64,000 nt of DNA from Eledone cirrhosa (GCA_964016885.1 OZ024741.1:265608001-265672000), one strand, 5' to 3'. Counted from the first letter of the stretch, positions 11,701 through 25,397 are shown. Notes: generated from the sequence alone by a model not told the origin. Program-made: numbers and translations.

Positions 11701-14700
11701 GTGGTTAGGGTGGTGGTGAGTGGCTGTGTGGTTAGGGTGGTGGTGAGTGGCTGTGTGGTTAGGGTGGTGGTGAGTGGCTGTGTGGTGAGGGTGGTGGTGA
11801 GTGGCTGTGTGGTTAGGGTGGTGGTGAGTGGCTGTGTGGTGAGGGTGGTGGTGAGTGGCTGTGTGGTTAGGGTGGTGGTGAGTGGCTGTGTGGTGAGGGT
11901 GGTGGCTGTGTGGTTAGGGTGGTGGTGAGTGGCTGTGTGGTTAGGGTGGTGGTGAGTGGCTGTGTGGTTAGGGTGGTGGTGAGTGGCTGTGTGGTTAGGG
12001 TGGTGGTGAGTGGCTGTGTGGTTAGGGTGGTGGTGAGTGGCTGTGTGGTTAGGGTGGTGGTGAGTGGCTGTGTGGTGAGGGTGGTGGTGAGTGGCTGTGT
12101 GGTGAGGGTGGTGGTGAGTGGCTGTGTGGTTAGGGTGGTGGTGAGTGGCTGTGTGGTGAGGGTGGTGGTGAGTGGCTGTGTGGTTAGGGTGGTGGTGAGT
12201 GGCTGTGTGGTTAGGGTGGTGGTGAGTGGCTGTGTGGTTAGGGTGGTGGTGTGTGGCTGTGTGGTTAGGGTGGTGGTGAGTGGCTGTGTGGTTAGGGTGG
12301 TGGTGAGTGGCTGTGTGGTTAGGGTGGTGGTGAGTGGCTGTGTGGTTAGGGTGGTGGTGAGTGGCTGTGTGGTGGTGAGTGGCTGTGTGGTGAGGGTGGT
12401 GGTGAGTGGCTGTGTGGTTAGGGTGGTGGTGAGTGGCTGTGTGGTGAGGGTGGTGGTGAGTGGCTGTGTGGTTAGGGTGGTGGTGAGTGGCTGTGTGGTT
12501 AGGGTGGTGGTGAGTGGCTGTGTGGTGGTGAGTGGCTGTGTGGTGAGGGTGGTGGTGAGTGGCTGTGTGGTTAGGGTGGTGGTGAGTGGCTGTGTGGTGA
12601 GGGTGGTGGTGAGTGGCTGTGTGGTTAGGGTGGTGGTGAGTGGCTGTGTGGTTAGGGTGGTGGTGTGTGGTGAGGGTGGTGGTGAGTGGCTGTGTGGTGA
12701 GGGTGGTGGTGAGTGGTTGTGTGGTTAGGGTGGTGGTGAGTGGTTGTGTGGTTAGGGTGGTGGTGTGTGGTTAGGGTGGTGGTGAGTGGCTGTGTGGTTA
12801 GGGTGGTGGTGTGTGGTTAGGGTGGTGGTGAGTGGCTGTGTGGTTAGGGTGGTGGTGAGTGGCTGTGTGGTTAGTGTGGTGGTGAGTGGCTGTGTGGTTA
12901 GGGTGGTGGTGAGTGGCTGTGTGGTTAGGGTGGTGGTGAGTGGCTGTGTGGTTAGGGTGGTGGTGAGTGGCTGTGTGGTGGTGAGTGGCTGTGTGGTGAG
13001 GGTGGTGGTGAGTGGCTGTGTGGTTAGGGTGGTGGTGAGTGGCTGTGTGGTGAGGGTGGTGGTGAGTGGCTGTGTGGTTAGGGTGGTGGTGAGTGGCTGT
13101 GTGGTTAGGGTGGTGGTGTGTGGTGAGGGTGGTGGTGAGTGGCTGTGTGGTGAGGGTGGTGGTGAGTGGTTGTGTGGTTAGGGTGGTGGTGAGTGGTTGT
13201 GTGGTTAGGGTGGTGGTGTGTGGTTAGGGTGGTGGTGAGTGGCTGTGTGGTTAGGGTGGTGGTGTGTGGTTAGGGTGGTGGTGAGTGGCTGTGTGGTTAG
13301 GGTGGTGGTGAGTGGCTGTGTGGTTAGTGTGGTGGTGTGTGGCTGTGTGGTTAGGGTGTTGGTGAGTGGCTGTGTGGTGAGGGTGGTGGTGAGTGGCTGT
13401 GTGGTTAGGGTGGTGGTGTGTGGCTGTGTGGTTAGGGTGGTGGTGTGTGGCTGTGTGGTTAGTGTGGTGGTGAGTGGCTGTGTGGTTAGGGTGGTGGTGA
13501 GTGGCTGTGTGGTTAGGGTGGTGGTGAGTGGCTGTGTGGTTAGGGTGGTGGTGAGTGGCCGTGTGGTTAGGGTGGTGGTGAGTGGCTGTGTGGTTAGGGT
13601 GGTGGTGAGTGGCTGTGTGGTTAGGGTGGTGGTGTGTGGCTGTGTGGTTAGGGTGGTGGTGTGGTTAGGGTGGTGGTGTGTGGTGAGGGTGGTGGTGAGT
13701 GGCTGTGTGGTTAGGGTGGTGGTGACTGGCTGTGTGGTTAGGGTGGTGGTGTGTGGTTGTGTGGTTAGGGTGGTGGTGAGTGGCTGTGTGGTTAGGGTGG
13801 TGGTGTGTGGTTAGGGTGGTGGTGAGTGGCTGTCTGGTTAGGGTGGTGGTGAGTGGTTGTGTGGTTAGGGTGGTGGTGTGTGGCTGTGTGGTTAGGGTGG
13901 TGGTGTGTGGTGAGGGTGGTGGTGAGTGGCTGTGTGATTAGGGTGGTGGTGTGTGGCTGTGTGGTTAGGGTGGTGGTGTGTGGCTGTGTGGTTAGTGTGG
14001 TGGTGAGTGGCTGTGTGGTTAGGGTGGTGGTGAGTGGCTGTGTGGTTAGGGTGGTGGTGTGTGGTTAGGGTGGTGGTGAGTGGTTGTGTGGTTAGGGTGG
14101 TGAGTGGCTGTGTGGTTAGGGTGGTGGTGTGTGGTTGTGTGGTTAGGGTGGTGGTGTGTGGTTAGGGTGGTGGTGAGTGGTTGTGTGGTTAGGGTGGTGG
14201 TGTGTGGCTGTGTGGTTAGGGTGGTGGTGTGTGGTTGTGTGGTTAGGGTGGTGGTGAGTGGTTGTGTGGTTAGGGTGGTGGTGAGTGGTTGTGTGGTTAG
14301 GGTGGTGGTGTGTGGTTAGGGTGGTGGTGTGTGGTTGTGTGGTTAGGGTGGTGGTGTGTGGTTAGGGTGGTGGTGAGTGGTTGTGTGGTTAGGGTGGTGG
14401 TGTGTGGCTGTGTGGTTAGGGTGGTGGTGTGTGGTTGTGTGGTTAGGGTGGTGGTGTGTGGTTAGGGTGGTGGTGAGTGGTTGTGTGGTTAGGGTGGTGG
14501 TGAGTGGTTGTGTGGTTAGGGTGGTGGTGAGTGGCTGTGTGGTGAAGGTGGTGGTGAGTGGCTGTGTGGTTAGGGTGGTGGTGAGTGGCTGTGTGGTTAG
14601 GGTGGTGGTGTGTGGTTGTGTGGTTAGGGTGGTGGTGAGTGGCTGTGTGGTGAAGGTGGTGGTGAGTGGCTGTGTGGTTAGGGTGGTGGTGAGTGGCTGT

Positions 14701-17700
14701 GTGGTTAGGGTGGTGGTGTGTGGCTGTGTGGTGAAGGTGGTGGTGAGTGGCTGTGTGGTTAGGGTGGTGGTGAGTGGCTGTGTGGTTAGGGTGGTGGTGA
14801 GTGGCTGTGTGGTTAGGGTGGTGGTGTGTGGCTGTGTGGTTAGGGTGGTGGTGTGTGGCTGTGTGGTGAGGGTGGTGGTGAGTGGCTGTGTGGTTAGGGT
14901 GGTGGTGAGTGGCTGTGTGGTTAGGGTGGTGGTGTGTGGTGAGGGTGGTGGTGAGTGGCTGTGTGGTGAGGGTGGTGGTGAGTGGCTGTGTGGTTAGGGT
15001 GGTGGTGAGTGGTTGTGTGGTTAGGGTGGTGGTGTGTGGTTAGGGTGGTGGTGAGTGGCTGTGTGGTTAGGGTGGTGGTGTGTGGTTAGGGTGGTGGTGT
15101 GTGGTTAGGGTGGTGGTGAGTGGCTGTGTGGTTAGGGTGGTGGTGAGTGGCTGTGTGGTTAGTGTGGTGGTGTGTGGCTGTGTGGTTAGGGTGTTGGTGA
15201 GTGGCTGTGTGGTGAGGGTGGTGGTGAGTGGCTGTGTGGTTAGGGTGGTGGTGTGTGGCTGTGTGGTTAGGGTGGTGGTGTGTGGCTGTGTGGTTAGTGT
15301 GGTGGTGAGTGGCTGTGTGGTTAGGGTGGTGGTGAGTGGCTGTGTGGTTAGGGTGGTGGTGAGTGGCTGTGTGGTTAGGGTGGTGGTGAGTGGCTGTGTG
15401 GTTAGGGTGGTGGTGAGTGGCTGTGTGGTTAGGGTGGTGGTGAGTGGCTGTGTGGTTAGGGTGGTGGTGTGTGGCTGTGTGGTTAGGGTGGTGGTGTGGT
15501 TAGGGTGGTGGTGTGGTTAGGGTGGTGGTGTGTGGTGAGGGTGGTGGTGAGTGGCTGTGTGGTTAGGGTGGTGGTGACTGGCTGTGTGGTTAGGGTGGTG
15601 GTGTGTGGTTGTGTGGTTAGGGTGGTGGTGAGTGGCTGTGTGGTTAGGGTGGTGGTGTGTGGTTAGGGTGGTGGTGAGTGGCTGTCTGGTTAGGGTGGTG
15701 GTGAGTGGTTGTGTGGTTAGGGTGGTGGTGTGTGGCTGTGTGGTTAGGGTGGTGGTGTGTGGCTGTGTGGTGAGGGTGGTGGTGAGTGGCTGTGTGGTTA
15801 GGGTGGTGGTGTGTGGCTGTGTGGTTAGGGTGGTGGTGTGTGGCTGTGTGGTTAGTGTGGTGGTGAGTGGCTGTGTGGTTAGGGTGGTGGTGAGTGGCTG
15901 TGTGGTTAGGGTGGTGGTGTGTGGTTGTGTGGTTAGGGTGGTGGTGTGTGGTTAGGGTGGTGGTGAGTGGTTGTGTGGTTAGGGTGGTGGTGTGTGGCTG
16001 TGTGGTTAGGGTGGTGGTGTGTGGTTGTGTGGTTAGGGTGGTGGTGAGTGGTTGTGTGGTTAGGGTGGTGGTGAGTGGTTGTGTGGTTAGGGTGGTGGTG
16101 TGTGGTTAGGGTGGTGGTGTGTGGTTGTGTGGTTAGGGTGGTGGTGTGTGGTTAGGGTGGTGGTGAGTGGTTAGGGTGGTGGTGTGTGGCTGTGTGGTTA
16201 GGGTGGTGGTGTGTGGTTGTGTGGTTAGGGTGATGGTGTGTGGTTAGGGTGGTGGTGAGTGGTTGTGTGGTTAGGGTGGTGGTGAGTGGTTGTGTGGTTA
16301 GGGTGGTGAGTGGCTGTGTGGTTAGGGTGGTGGTGTGTGGTTGTGTGGTTAGGGTGGTGGTGAGTGGCTGTGTGGTTAGGGTGGTGGTGAGTGGTTGTGT
16401 GGTTAGGGTGGTGAGTGGCTGTGTGGTTAGGGTGGTGGTGAGTGGTTGTGTGGTTAGGGTGGTGGTGAGTGGTTGTGTGGTTAGGGTGGTGGTGAGTGGC
16501 TGTGTGGTTAGAGTGGTGGTGAGTGGCTGTGTGGTTAGGGTGGTGGTGTGTGGTTGTGTGGTTAGGGTGGTGGTGAGTGGCTGTGTGGTTAGGGTGGTGG
16601 TGTGTGGCTGTGTGGTTAGGGTGGTGGTGAGTGGCTGTGTGGTTAGTGTGGTGGTGAGTGGCTGTGTGGTTAGGGTGGTGGTGAGTGGCTGTGTGGTTAG
16701 GGTGGTGGTGAGTGGTTGTGTGGTTAGGGTGGTGGTGAGTGGCTGTGTGGTTAGGGTGGTGGTGTGTGGTTGTGTGGTTAGGGTGGTGGTGTGTGGTTGT
16801 GTGGTTAGGGTGGTGGTGAGTGGCTGTGTGGTTAGGGTGGTGGTGAGTGGCTGTGTGGTTAGGGTGGTGGTGAGTGGCTGTGTGGTTAGGGTGGTGGTGA
16901 GTGGTTGTGTGGTTAGGGTGGTGGTGAGTGGCTGTGTGGTTAGGGTGGTGGTGTGTGGTTGTGTGGTTAGGGTGGTGGTGAGTGGCTGTGTGGTTAGGGT
17001 GGTGGTGAGTGGTTGTGTGGTTAGGGTGGTGAGTGGCTGTGTGGTTAGGGTGGTGGTGAGTGGTTGTGTGGTTAGGGTGGTGGTGAGTGGCTGTGTGGTT
17101 AGGGTGGTGGTGAGTGGTTGTGTGGTTAGGGTGGTGAGTGGCTGTGTGGTTAGGGTGGTGGTGAGTGGCTGTGTGGTTAGGGTGGTGGTGAGTGGCTGTG
17201 TGGTTAGGGTGGTGGTGTGTGGTTGTGTGGTTAGGGTGGTGGTGAGTGGCTGTGTGGTTAGGGTGGTGGTGAGTGGCTGTGTGGTTAGGGTGGTGGTGAG
17301 TGGCTGTGTGGTTAGGGTGGTGGTGAGTGGCTGTGTGGTTAGGGTGGTGGTGAGTGGCTGTGTGGTTAGGGTGGTGGTGAGTGGCTGTGTGGTGAGGGTG
17401 GTGGTGAGTGGCTGTGTGGTTAGGGTGGTGGTGAGTGGCTGTGTGGTTAGGGTGGTGGTAAGTGGTTGTGTGGTTAGGGTGGTGGTGAGTGGCTGTGTGG
17501 TTAGGGTGGTGGTGAGTGGCTGTGTGGTTAGGGTGGTGGTGTGTGGTTAGGGTGGTGGTAAGTGGTTGTGTGGTTAGGGTGGTGGTGAGTGGCTGTGTGG
17601 TTAGGGTGGTGGTGAGTGGCTGTGTGGTTAGGGTGGTGGTGTGTGGTTGTGTGGTTAGGGTGGTGGTGAGTGGCTGTGTGGTTAGGGTGGTGGTGAGTGG

Positions 17701-19680
17701 CTGTGTGGTTAGGGTGGTGGTGAGTGGCTGTGTGGTTAGGGTGGTGGTGTGTGGCTGTGTGGTTAGGGTGGTGGTGAGTGGTTGTGTGGTTAGGGTGGTG
17801 GTGAGTGGCTGTGTGGTTAGGGTGGTGGTGAGTGGCTGTGTGGTTAGGGTGGTGGTGAGTGGCTGTGTGGTTAGGGTGGTGGTGAGTGGCTGTGTGGTTA
17901 GGGTGGTGGTGTGTGGTTGTGTGGTTAGGGTGGTGGTGAGTGGCTGTGTGGTTAGGGTGGTGGTGTGTGGTTGTGTGGTTAGGGTGGTGGTGAGTGGCTG
18001 TGTTGTTAGGGTGGTGGTGAGTGGCTGTGTGGTTAGGGTGGTGGTGAGTGGCTGTGTGGTTAGGGTGGTGGTGAGTGGCTGTGTGGTTAGGGTGGTGGTG
18101 AGTGGCTGTGTGGTTAGGGTGGTGGTGAGTGGCTGTGTGGTTAGGGTGGTGGTGAGTGGCTGTGTGGTTAGGGTGGTGGTGAGTGGCTGTGTGGTTAGGG
18201 TGGTGGTGTGTGGTTAGGGTGGTGGTGTGTGGTTGTGTGGTTAGGGTGGTGGTGAGTGGCTGTGTGGTTAGGGTGGTGGTGAGTGGCTGTGTGGTTAGGG
18301 TGGTGGTGAGTGGCTGTGTGGTTAGGGTGGTGGTGAGTGGCTGTGTGGTTAGGGTGGTGGTGTGTGGTTGTGTGGTTAGGGTGGTGGTGAGTGGCTGTGT
18401 GGTTAGGGTGGTGGTGAGTGGCTGTGTGGTTAGGGTGGTGGTGAGTGGCTGTGTGGTTAGGGTGGTGGTGTGTGGTTGTGTGGTTAGGGTGGTGGTGAGT
18501 GGCTGTGTTGTTAGGGTGGTGGTGAGTGGCTGTGTGGTTAGGGTGGTGGTGTGTGGTTGTGTGGTTAGCGTGGTGGTGTGTGGCTGTGTGGTTAGGGTGG
18601 TGGTGAGTGGCTGTGTGGTTAGGGTGGTGGTGAGTGGCTGTGTGGTTAGGGTGGTGGTGTGTGGTTGTGTGGTTAGGGTGGTGGTGAGTGGCTGTGTTAG
18701 GGTGGTGGTGAGTGGCTGTGTGGTTAGGGTGGTGGTGTGTGGTTGTGTGGTTAGGGTGGTGGTGAGTGGCTGTGTGGTTAGGGTGGTGGTGAGTGGCTGT
18801 GTGGTTAGGGTGGTGGTGAGTGGCTGTGTGGTTAGGGTGGTGGTGAGTGGCTGTGTGGTTAGGGTGGTGGTGAGTGGCTGTGTGGTGAGGGTGGTGGTGT
18901 GTGGTTAGGGTGGTGGTGAGTGGCTGTGTGGTTAGGGTTGGTGGTGACTGGCTGTGTGGTTAGGGTGGTGGTGAGTGGCTGTGTGGTTAGGGTGGTGGTG
19001 AGTGGCTGTGTGGTTAGGGTGGTGGTGAGTGGCTGTGTGGTTAGGGTGGTGGTGTGTGGTTAGGGTGGTGGTGAGTGGCTGTGTGGTTAGGGTGGTGGTG
19101 AGTGGCTGTGTGGTTAGGGTGGTGGTGAGTGGCTGTGTGGTTAGGGTGGTGGTGTGTGGCTGTGTGGTTAGGGTGGTGGTGAGTGGCTGTGTGGTTAGGG
19201 TGGTGGTGAGTGGCTGTGTTGTTAGGGTGGTGGTGTGTGGCTGTGTGGTTTAGGGTGGTGGTGAGTGGCTGTATGGTTAGGGTGGTAGTGTGTGGTTAGG
19301 GTGGTGGTGAGTGGTGGTGTGTAGTTATGTGGTTAGGGTGGTGGTGTGTGGTTATGTGGTTAGGGTGGTGGTGAGTGGCTGTGTGGTTAGGGTGGTGGTG
19401 TGTGGCTATGTGGTTAGGGTGGTGATGAGTGGTTAAGGTGTTGCTGTGTGGTTAGGTGGTGATGAGTGGCTATGTGATCAGGGTGGTGGTGAGTGGTTAT
19501 GTGGCTAAGGTGGTGATGAGTGGTTATGTGGTTAGGGTGTTGGTATGTGGCTTAGGGTGAATATGTGTGATTATGGCGAAGGTGTGTGGCTGTGGTTTGG
19601 GTGAAGGTTAGGGTTTTGGTGTGTGGTTGGTGAGAAGGTGTGTGGCCATGGGGTTAGGGTGTTGAGTGGCCATGGTTATG
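8770..19680. repeat. ~11 kb G-rich 27-bp minisatellite in an SMC3 intron
   Basis: unit gtggttagggtggtggtgagtggctgt (TTAGGG/TGAGGG variants), about 400 copies, decaying at the 3' end. Confidence 0.98.
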
Positions 19681-19814
19681 AAGTATTTTGAAATGAGTTC
19701 TAGCAACAGTGGAATGGTGGAAGAGTTTGTAAAGATGACCAACAGTTCATTGATGAAAAAAGTGGGTGTAAATATGTTTTATATGAGGTTATATATGTTT
19801 TTTATTTATTGGAG

Positions 19815-20201
19815 TCACACACATCAATAACCACTCTACACACACATACACATCAATAACCACTCTACACACACACCAGTAACCACTCTACACACACACA
19901 TCAATAACCACTCTACACACACACACATCAGTAACCACTCTACACACACACATCAATAACCACTCTACACACACACACACACACACCAGTAACCACTCTA
20001 CACACACACACACCCATCAATAACCACTCTACACACACCAGTAACAACTCTACACATACATCTATAAACTCACTACTCACTATATCCTATGTACACATTT
20101 ATTGTAGTCACATATGCATATCTATGACGATTCCACTAATCTACACTACTACACTTCACACACACACTATAACTACATCACACCACACTACACTACACCA
20201 C

Positions 20202-20238
<37 letters not shown>

Positions 20239-20420
20239 TAACTACATCACACCACACTACACTACACCACTTTACACACACTATAACTACATCACTTCAC
20301 ACACTATAACTACACTACTACACATCACACCACACTACACCACTTCATACACACACACACACACACGCACTATAATTACATCACACCACACTTGACACAC
20401 TATAACTACACTACTCTACA
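19815..20420. repeat. CA-rich short tandem repeats
   Basis: catcaataaccactctacacac and actataactacatcacaccacac units. Confidence 0.85.
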
Positions 20421-20452
20421 CCATTCCACTATATTCTATATTTATATTGTAG

Positions 20453-20521
20453 TCAATCCTTGACTTGATGAATGCTTTGGATCACCGCAAATATGAAGCC
20501 ATACAGCTTACTTTCAAACAG
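20453..20521 (+). CDS. SMC3: SMC3 coding exon
   Basis: tgtag|TCAATC...AAACAG|gtcag; SILDLMNALDHRKYEAIQLTFKQ. Confidence 0.97.
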
Positions 20522-20808
20522 GTCAGTTTCTCTCTTGTTTCACTTCTCTCTCTCCCATCTCTCTCTCTCACACACACCACACACTCTCTCTCTCATCTCT
20601 CTTTCTCACACACACTCTCTCTCTCTCTATCTATCTATCTTCCTGTCTGTTTATCTTGTCTCAAAAACCTTGTCCTAAGCTATACAAACATGAAGAAATC
20701 AACACAAAAGTGATGATGATGATTTAGGATGATGATGATGATCATCATCATCATCCTGATAATAATCAACCAAATGTGATTTCAAGTTTTGTGTCTTTTC
20801 GTTTTTAG

Positions 20809-20901
20809 GTGTCCAAATACTTTACAGAAATCTTTAAGAAGCTTGTACCCCAGGGACATGCCGTCTTGGTTATGAGGAAAGGCGACCAAGAGCATCACGA
20901 A
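20809..20901 (+). CDS. SMC3: SMC3 coding exon
   Basis: tttag|GTGTCC...CACGAA|gtaag; VSKYFTEIFKKLVPQGHAVLVMRKGDQEHHE. Confidence 0.96.
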
Positions 20902-20990
20902 GTAAGTCTCTGACATTGCAAAATTTATTTCAAAAGCCAGTCTTTTGTTAAAACCTGTACTGGCATTGCTTCACCATCATCATTCAGTGA

Positions 20991-21290
20991 AGGCACGTGG
21001 CTTAGTGGTTAAAGAGTTGGATTTACTATTGTGAGGTTTGGGGTTCAATTCCTAGACTGGCCGATGTGTTATATCCTTGAGCAAGACTCTTTATTTCATA
21101 TTGCACTTTCTGCCAGGAGTTGTGACCAGTAGATAGTATCAGTAATTAGAAAGACCATTGGAAACATTGTTTCATTGGTCTGATCTGATGGGTTTCATCC
21201 CACTCAGTAAGTGAATGATGAGGCATTGGGTGGTCCTGTTTTGAGACCTGTTATGAACTGGATGGTCCTTTATGAGACAAGTCAGACCAG
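20991..21290 (+). mobile_element. tRNA-derived SINE (family B)
   Basis: tggcttagtggtt A box, gggttcaattcc B box, ccttgagcaagac core. Confidence 0.65.
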
Positions 21291-22005
21291 ATGTCTGCAC
21301 CATACCTTGCACAAATCGGGACTGTGTGTTAGCTGTGTGTTTTACGGTTGTTAGATGCCCTTGAAACCAACCACATTTACAGTGTGGAACTGGGTGGCAC
21401 TGTTATGGGGAGGGTCTGGCCAGTTGGATGCACCATACCCTGTACACAGAGGTACTGTATTTTAGGATCTGGGTTATCACAGTGGAACCATAATTTGTGA
21501 GCTGGGTGCCCTTCCAAAGCACATACTGGGCTGGGTTGTCAATTCGCCTATTGTCTTACCTCATAGCGCCAACCACATTTACAGTAAGTACTGGGTGCTT
21601 TTTGTCGTGATACCTACACAACCACTTTACAGTGTACGCTGGGTGCTTTTGGTCATGACTGCTACACATCCACTTTACAGTGTGGGCTGGGGGTAGAAAC
21701 CTAACCAGAAACAGTTGTGTGAGCAAGACACAGTCACCTGACCCAACGGACAACCCATCTAAACGGGACAACCCATCTAACCCATGCTAGCATGGAAAAT
21801 GGATGTTATATTTATGTATATATATAGAATAACATTAAAAAAGATGCTGATATTACATAAATCATTTCATTATAATTATTTCAATGGTTCCCTTATGCAA
21901 TCAAAGATGTAATATATGCATTGCTGTTACTGAACATATATGATATATATATATATATATATATATATATTCCTTTCTATTTACATTATGTGTTTCTTCT
22001 TTCAG

Positions 22006-22074
22006 AATGAAGATAGCCAGCAATCTGGTGCTGATGTACCATTGGTGGAACAGTTTACAGGTGTTGGTATTAAG
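22006..22074 (+). CDS. SMC3: SMC3 coding exon
   Basis: ttcag|AATGAA...ATTAAG|gtaaa; NEDSQQSGADVPLVEQFTGVGIK. Confidence 0.96.
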
Positions 22075-22320
22075 GTAAACACTACAGTTTCTATTTCATA
22101 CACTTCACATTACATCTCATATATTAACATGTTTATTGTTTGACAATATTGATAAATATGCCAAATAAAGAAAGCAGTTGGCTTAAAGAAATTTGAAATT
22201 TAAAGTGTGCAACCCAACACAAATGATCCTAATAATAGTTGATTGGGTACTTCACCTGATTTTATCAACTATTATTTATAGTGATCATCTATTATTATAA
22301 TCATTTGCTTTGAAACACAT

Positions 22321-22600
22321 GGGGTTTGTGGCCTAGTGGTAAGGGTGTTGGATGTGCGATCATAATGTCCTGGGTTCGATGCCTAGACTGGGTTGTGTGT
22401 TATGTTCTTGAACAAAACACTTTATTTCACATTGTTCCAGAGTACTCAGCTGAAAATGAACACCAGCAATACCTGAGGGTTTAACCCTGTGATGGACTGG
22501 CGTCTTGTTCAGTAGGAGTTTTATACTCTCTGTCACTTCAAGCCATGGAAACTAGGATAAACATTGACCTGATGAGACTCTGGGATTGAGACAGACTTTA
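22321..22600 (+). mobile_element. tRNA-derived SINE (family B)
   Basis: tggcctagtggt A box, gggttcgatgcc B box, cctgtgatggactggcgtc body. Confidence 0.7.
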
Positions 22601-22897
22601 GACTTTAACTTTGGAACACACATTTCAAATTATGGTTAGGTTTGTTTTGAGGAAGCTTGTCCAATGTAAGTTAGAAATACAGGAGTGAACATAAACTGAA
22701 GTGGAGTAAAAGTAAGACAAATAAGACAAAACAAAAAACTTTTACTTTATATTTCATGATATTTTGGGGTTAGGATTCACCCCCCCCTCCATCACAGAAA
22801 TGAAATGGAGTGTGGTGTTGATAACAAGTGAAGCTGTTTTGAACAAATATTGGGTTGGGGCAGTTGTAACATGCATAGACTGGTGCACTCATAGACG

Positions 22898-23035
22898 CTA
22901 AATGGTTTCATATAATTCACACTTGTTGTTTATGAAAGGTCTTAATCTGTTAATGAAGATTGCTTCTTTGAGATCCAGGTTTCCAATGTTTTGTTCAGTG
23001 GTCACTACGGTAGCTTTTATGTCTTGAACATGACA
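22898..23035 (-). pseudogene. decayed GIY-YIG endonuclease C-terminus (Penelope-like remnant)
   Basis: HVQDIKATVVTTEQNIGNLDLKEAIFINRLRPFINNKCEL fits the L..EA.FI....P.IN motif of PLE endonucleases. Confidence 0.5.
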
Positions 23036-23479
23036 TTTCTGTAAGGAATTGGTGTTATGCCTTTTACTATATTCCAATGCTCCTAGACTGGTGGTTATAG
23101 ACAGGATATGATTCAGTGGAGAAGGTAAGGTAGGGTATTGAACTGGTTATTACAGTCTAGGTCACTACTTAATTGCAAGTCTGAGGACCACAACTCACAT
23201 ACTTATGTTTCATTTATAGCATGGTTTCTACAGCTGGATACCCTTCCTATCAGCAACCATTTTACATAATGTATTGGATGCATTTTATTGTGGAACTAGC
23301 ACTAGGAAGATTGGTAGTGACTGAAAAGTCCTCTCTACTCTTGGTTTAGCATGATTTCTATGGCTGGATACTCTTCCTAATGGTAACCACTTTACGGAGT
23401 GTACTGGGTGCCTTTTATTGTGGCATCAATTCTATGTTGTTGCCTTTGAAAGCCAACTATTTTACAGAGTCTAGTGGCA

Positions 23480-24110
23480 CCATCATCATCATCATTTCAC
23501 GTCTATCTTCCACGCTAGCATGGGTTAGACGGGAATTGTCTCACTTGAGGCAAGATTGGTCGGGTGACCGTGTCTCACTCGTATAGGACTATCTGGCAGG
23601 TTTTCTACAGTTGGATGCCCTTCCTAACACCAACCACATTTACAGTGTGGACTGGGAACTTTTTACCGTGTTACTAAAAGGCCACATTACAGCATGGACT
23701 GTGTTTTTTTGTCGTGACGCCTACACGACCTCATTAGTTTGGACTGGATGTTGTGGTACCAACATAACTTTATAGAGAAAGGGTGGTGTTGGCGGGAGTG
23801 GGAGGATGGAGTAGGGGTAAGTGGGTTGGGGCGTATATTTGGTTTGGAGGGGCCTTCTTAACTTTGCACTGCGTGGTGCCAAAGATCTCGATCCAGTGAA
23901 ATTGTCTTAGAGAGGTGCAAGTGTGTAAGGTCGGAATTTATTATGTCGTCCCAAGTCTTTCTGGGTCTACCTACTCCGTAACTTCCATCAATTTTGATCG
24001 CCCTGCACTTTTTTATACAGCTGTCGTCTTTCATGTGCATCACGTGACCGTACAACATAATCTTCTCTCAAGTAAACAGCATCTGATCCCTCTTATTCCT
24101 AATTTCTCAC
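23480..24110 (-). mobile_element. 5'-truncated RTE-clade LINE (ORF end, 3' UTR and (GAT)n tail)
   Basis: YGHVMHMKDDSCIKKCRAIKIDGSYGVGRPRKTWDDIINSDL..DRDLWHHAV*, followed by the UTR shared with 6263 and 43963. Confidence 0.85.
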
Positions 24111-24599
24111 TTAGTATATACACGAATGGCAAAACATAAATGAACTAAAAAAGACTGATGTTTCACTATAACTCTAAACATTATTTACATTAGATTCTGT
24201 GTGGCTTATTTATCTGACTATTGAGAATAGATATGACATTATTGGGGAAAGTTAATTGTGAAAAATAGTAGCAACTTTTCCAGGGGAACAGAGGAAGATT
24301 TGTCTATGCTTATTGCAGCAGAAATTTACTACCTACTAGGTTATATATTGACTTGGTCTGTGACAGCCCTTGCTTGCAGGGAAAATGGACGTTAAATGAT
24401 GATGATAGTTGTAATTCTTAGTGACCAATTTTCTGTTTTGTTTCTCCAAGAAAAATTCTAATCAACTGAGAATTGTTGGCATATCTCTTTCCTTACATCA
24501 TCATTGTGTAAATAAGAGTTATCTAACTTTATGGGAATGGCTCACTGGAGTTATTTACCCTTAGTTATTTACCCTTAGCCCACAATTTCTTTTTTGAGT

Positions 24600-24775
24600 C
24601 GTCAAAAGGCCAGAAAATTTGGGGGAAGGACTAAGTTGATAGAATCAACTCCAGTACTTGACTGGTACTTTATTTTATCGACCCTGAAAAGATGAAAGGC
24701 AAAGTTAACCCCAGTGGGATTTGAATTCAGAAAATAGAAAGTCATAACTAACTGCCAATCTACCAACTTACCTTT
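24600..24775 (-). mobile_element. SINE family A
   Basis: actggtactttattttatcgaccc..gatgaaaggcaaagtt match. Confidence 0.7.
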
Positions 24776-25397
24776 TTTAAATTGGATACAGATCGAATAG
24801 ATGAATAGGCAAGGGAGATAACTCTATTGAGGATGGTGATATCATCATTTAACATTCACTTTCTCTGCTAGCAAGGTTTGGACGGATCTACATAGACCAA
24901 GTCAGTGCTGAAGTGAGGCTACTGACATCCCAGACAGAGGGGTCTGCATCCTGCTTATATACATTCTATCGAGTGCAGAAACTGAAGGGTCCTCCTAACC
25001 CTTTGGCTAGCTTTCTCTGGCTGGATGTCCTTAACATTAACCACTTTACAGCATGCTTTTATTATGTCTAATAAACATAGATAAATCTCGCTATGTGTTG
25101 CTATTGAACTCCACACAATGGCTGCTACCATCAGTGTTTCAACAATATGGCAGCTGCAGATAAATTATGGCGCAAAGTCAGATTTTCAGGACGAGAGAGA
25201 AATTTGGGTTGTTGTGACATTCTAACATTTCTCCATAAACTGGTGTATTTCATCAGTCTGTTTCAAAATATTTGACTGGGAATCGAGCTTGTGGCCTTAC
25301 ACTCAGGAACCGAACACCCTAACCACAGAGCCACATGCTTTTATATGGCCGCATATCCGCATACACATGCATGTACAAATATCCACTACACACATAA

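Noticed and set aside
8860-19253. (RVVVSGCVV)n ORFs
   Set aside because: A consequence of a 27-bp unit inside an SMC3 intron; frequent frameshifts and no synonymous-codon signal.
8770-19680. True or interstitial telomere array
   Set aside because: TTAGGG never occurs in tandem; it is one hexamer per 27-bp unit between in-frame exons.
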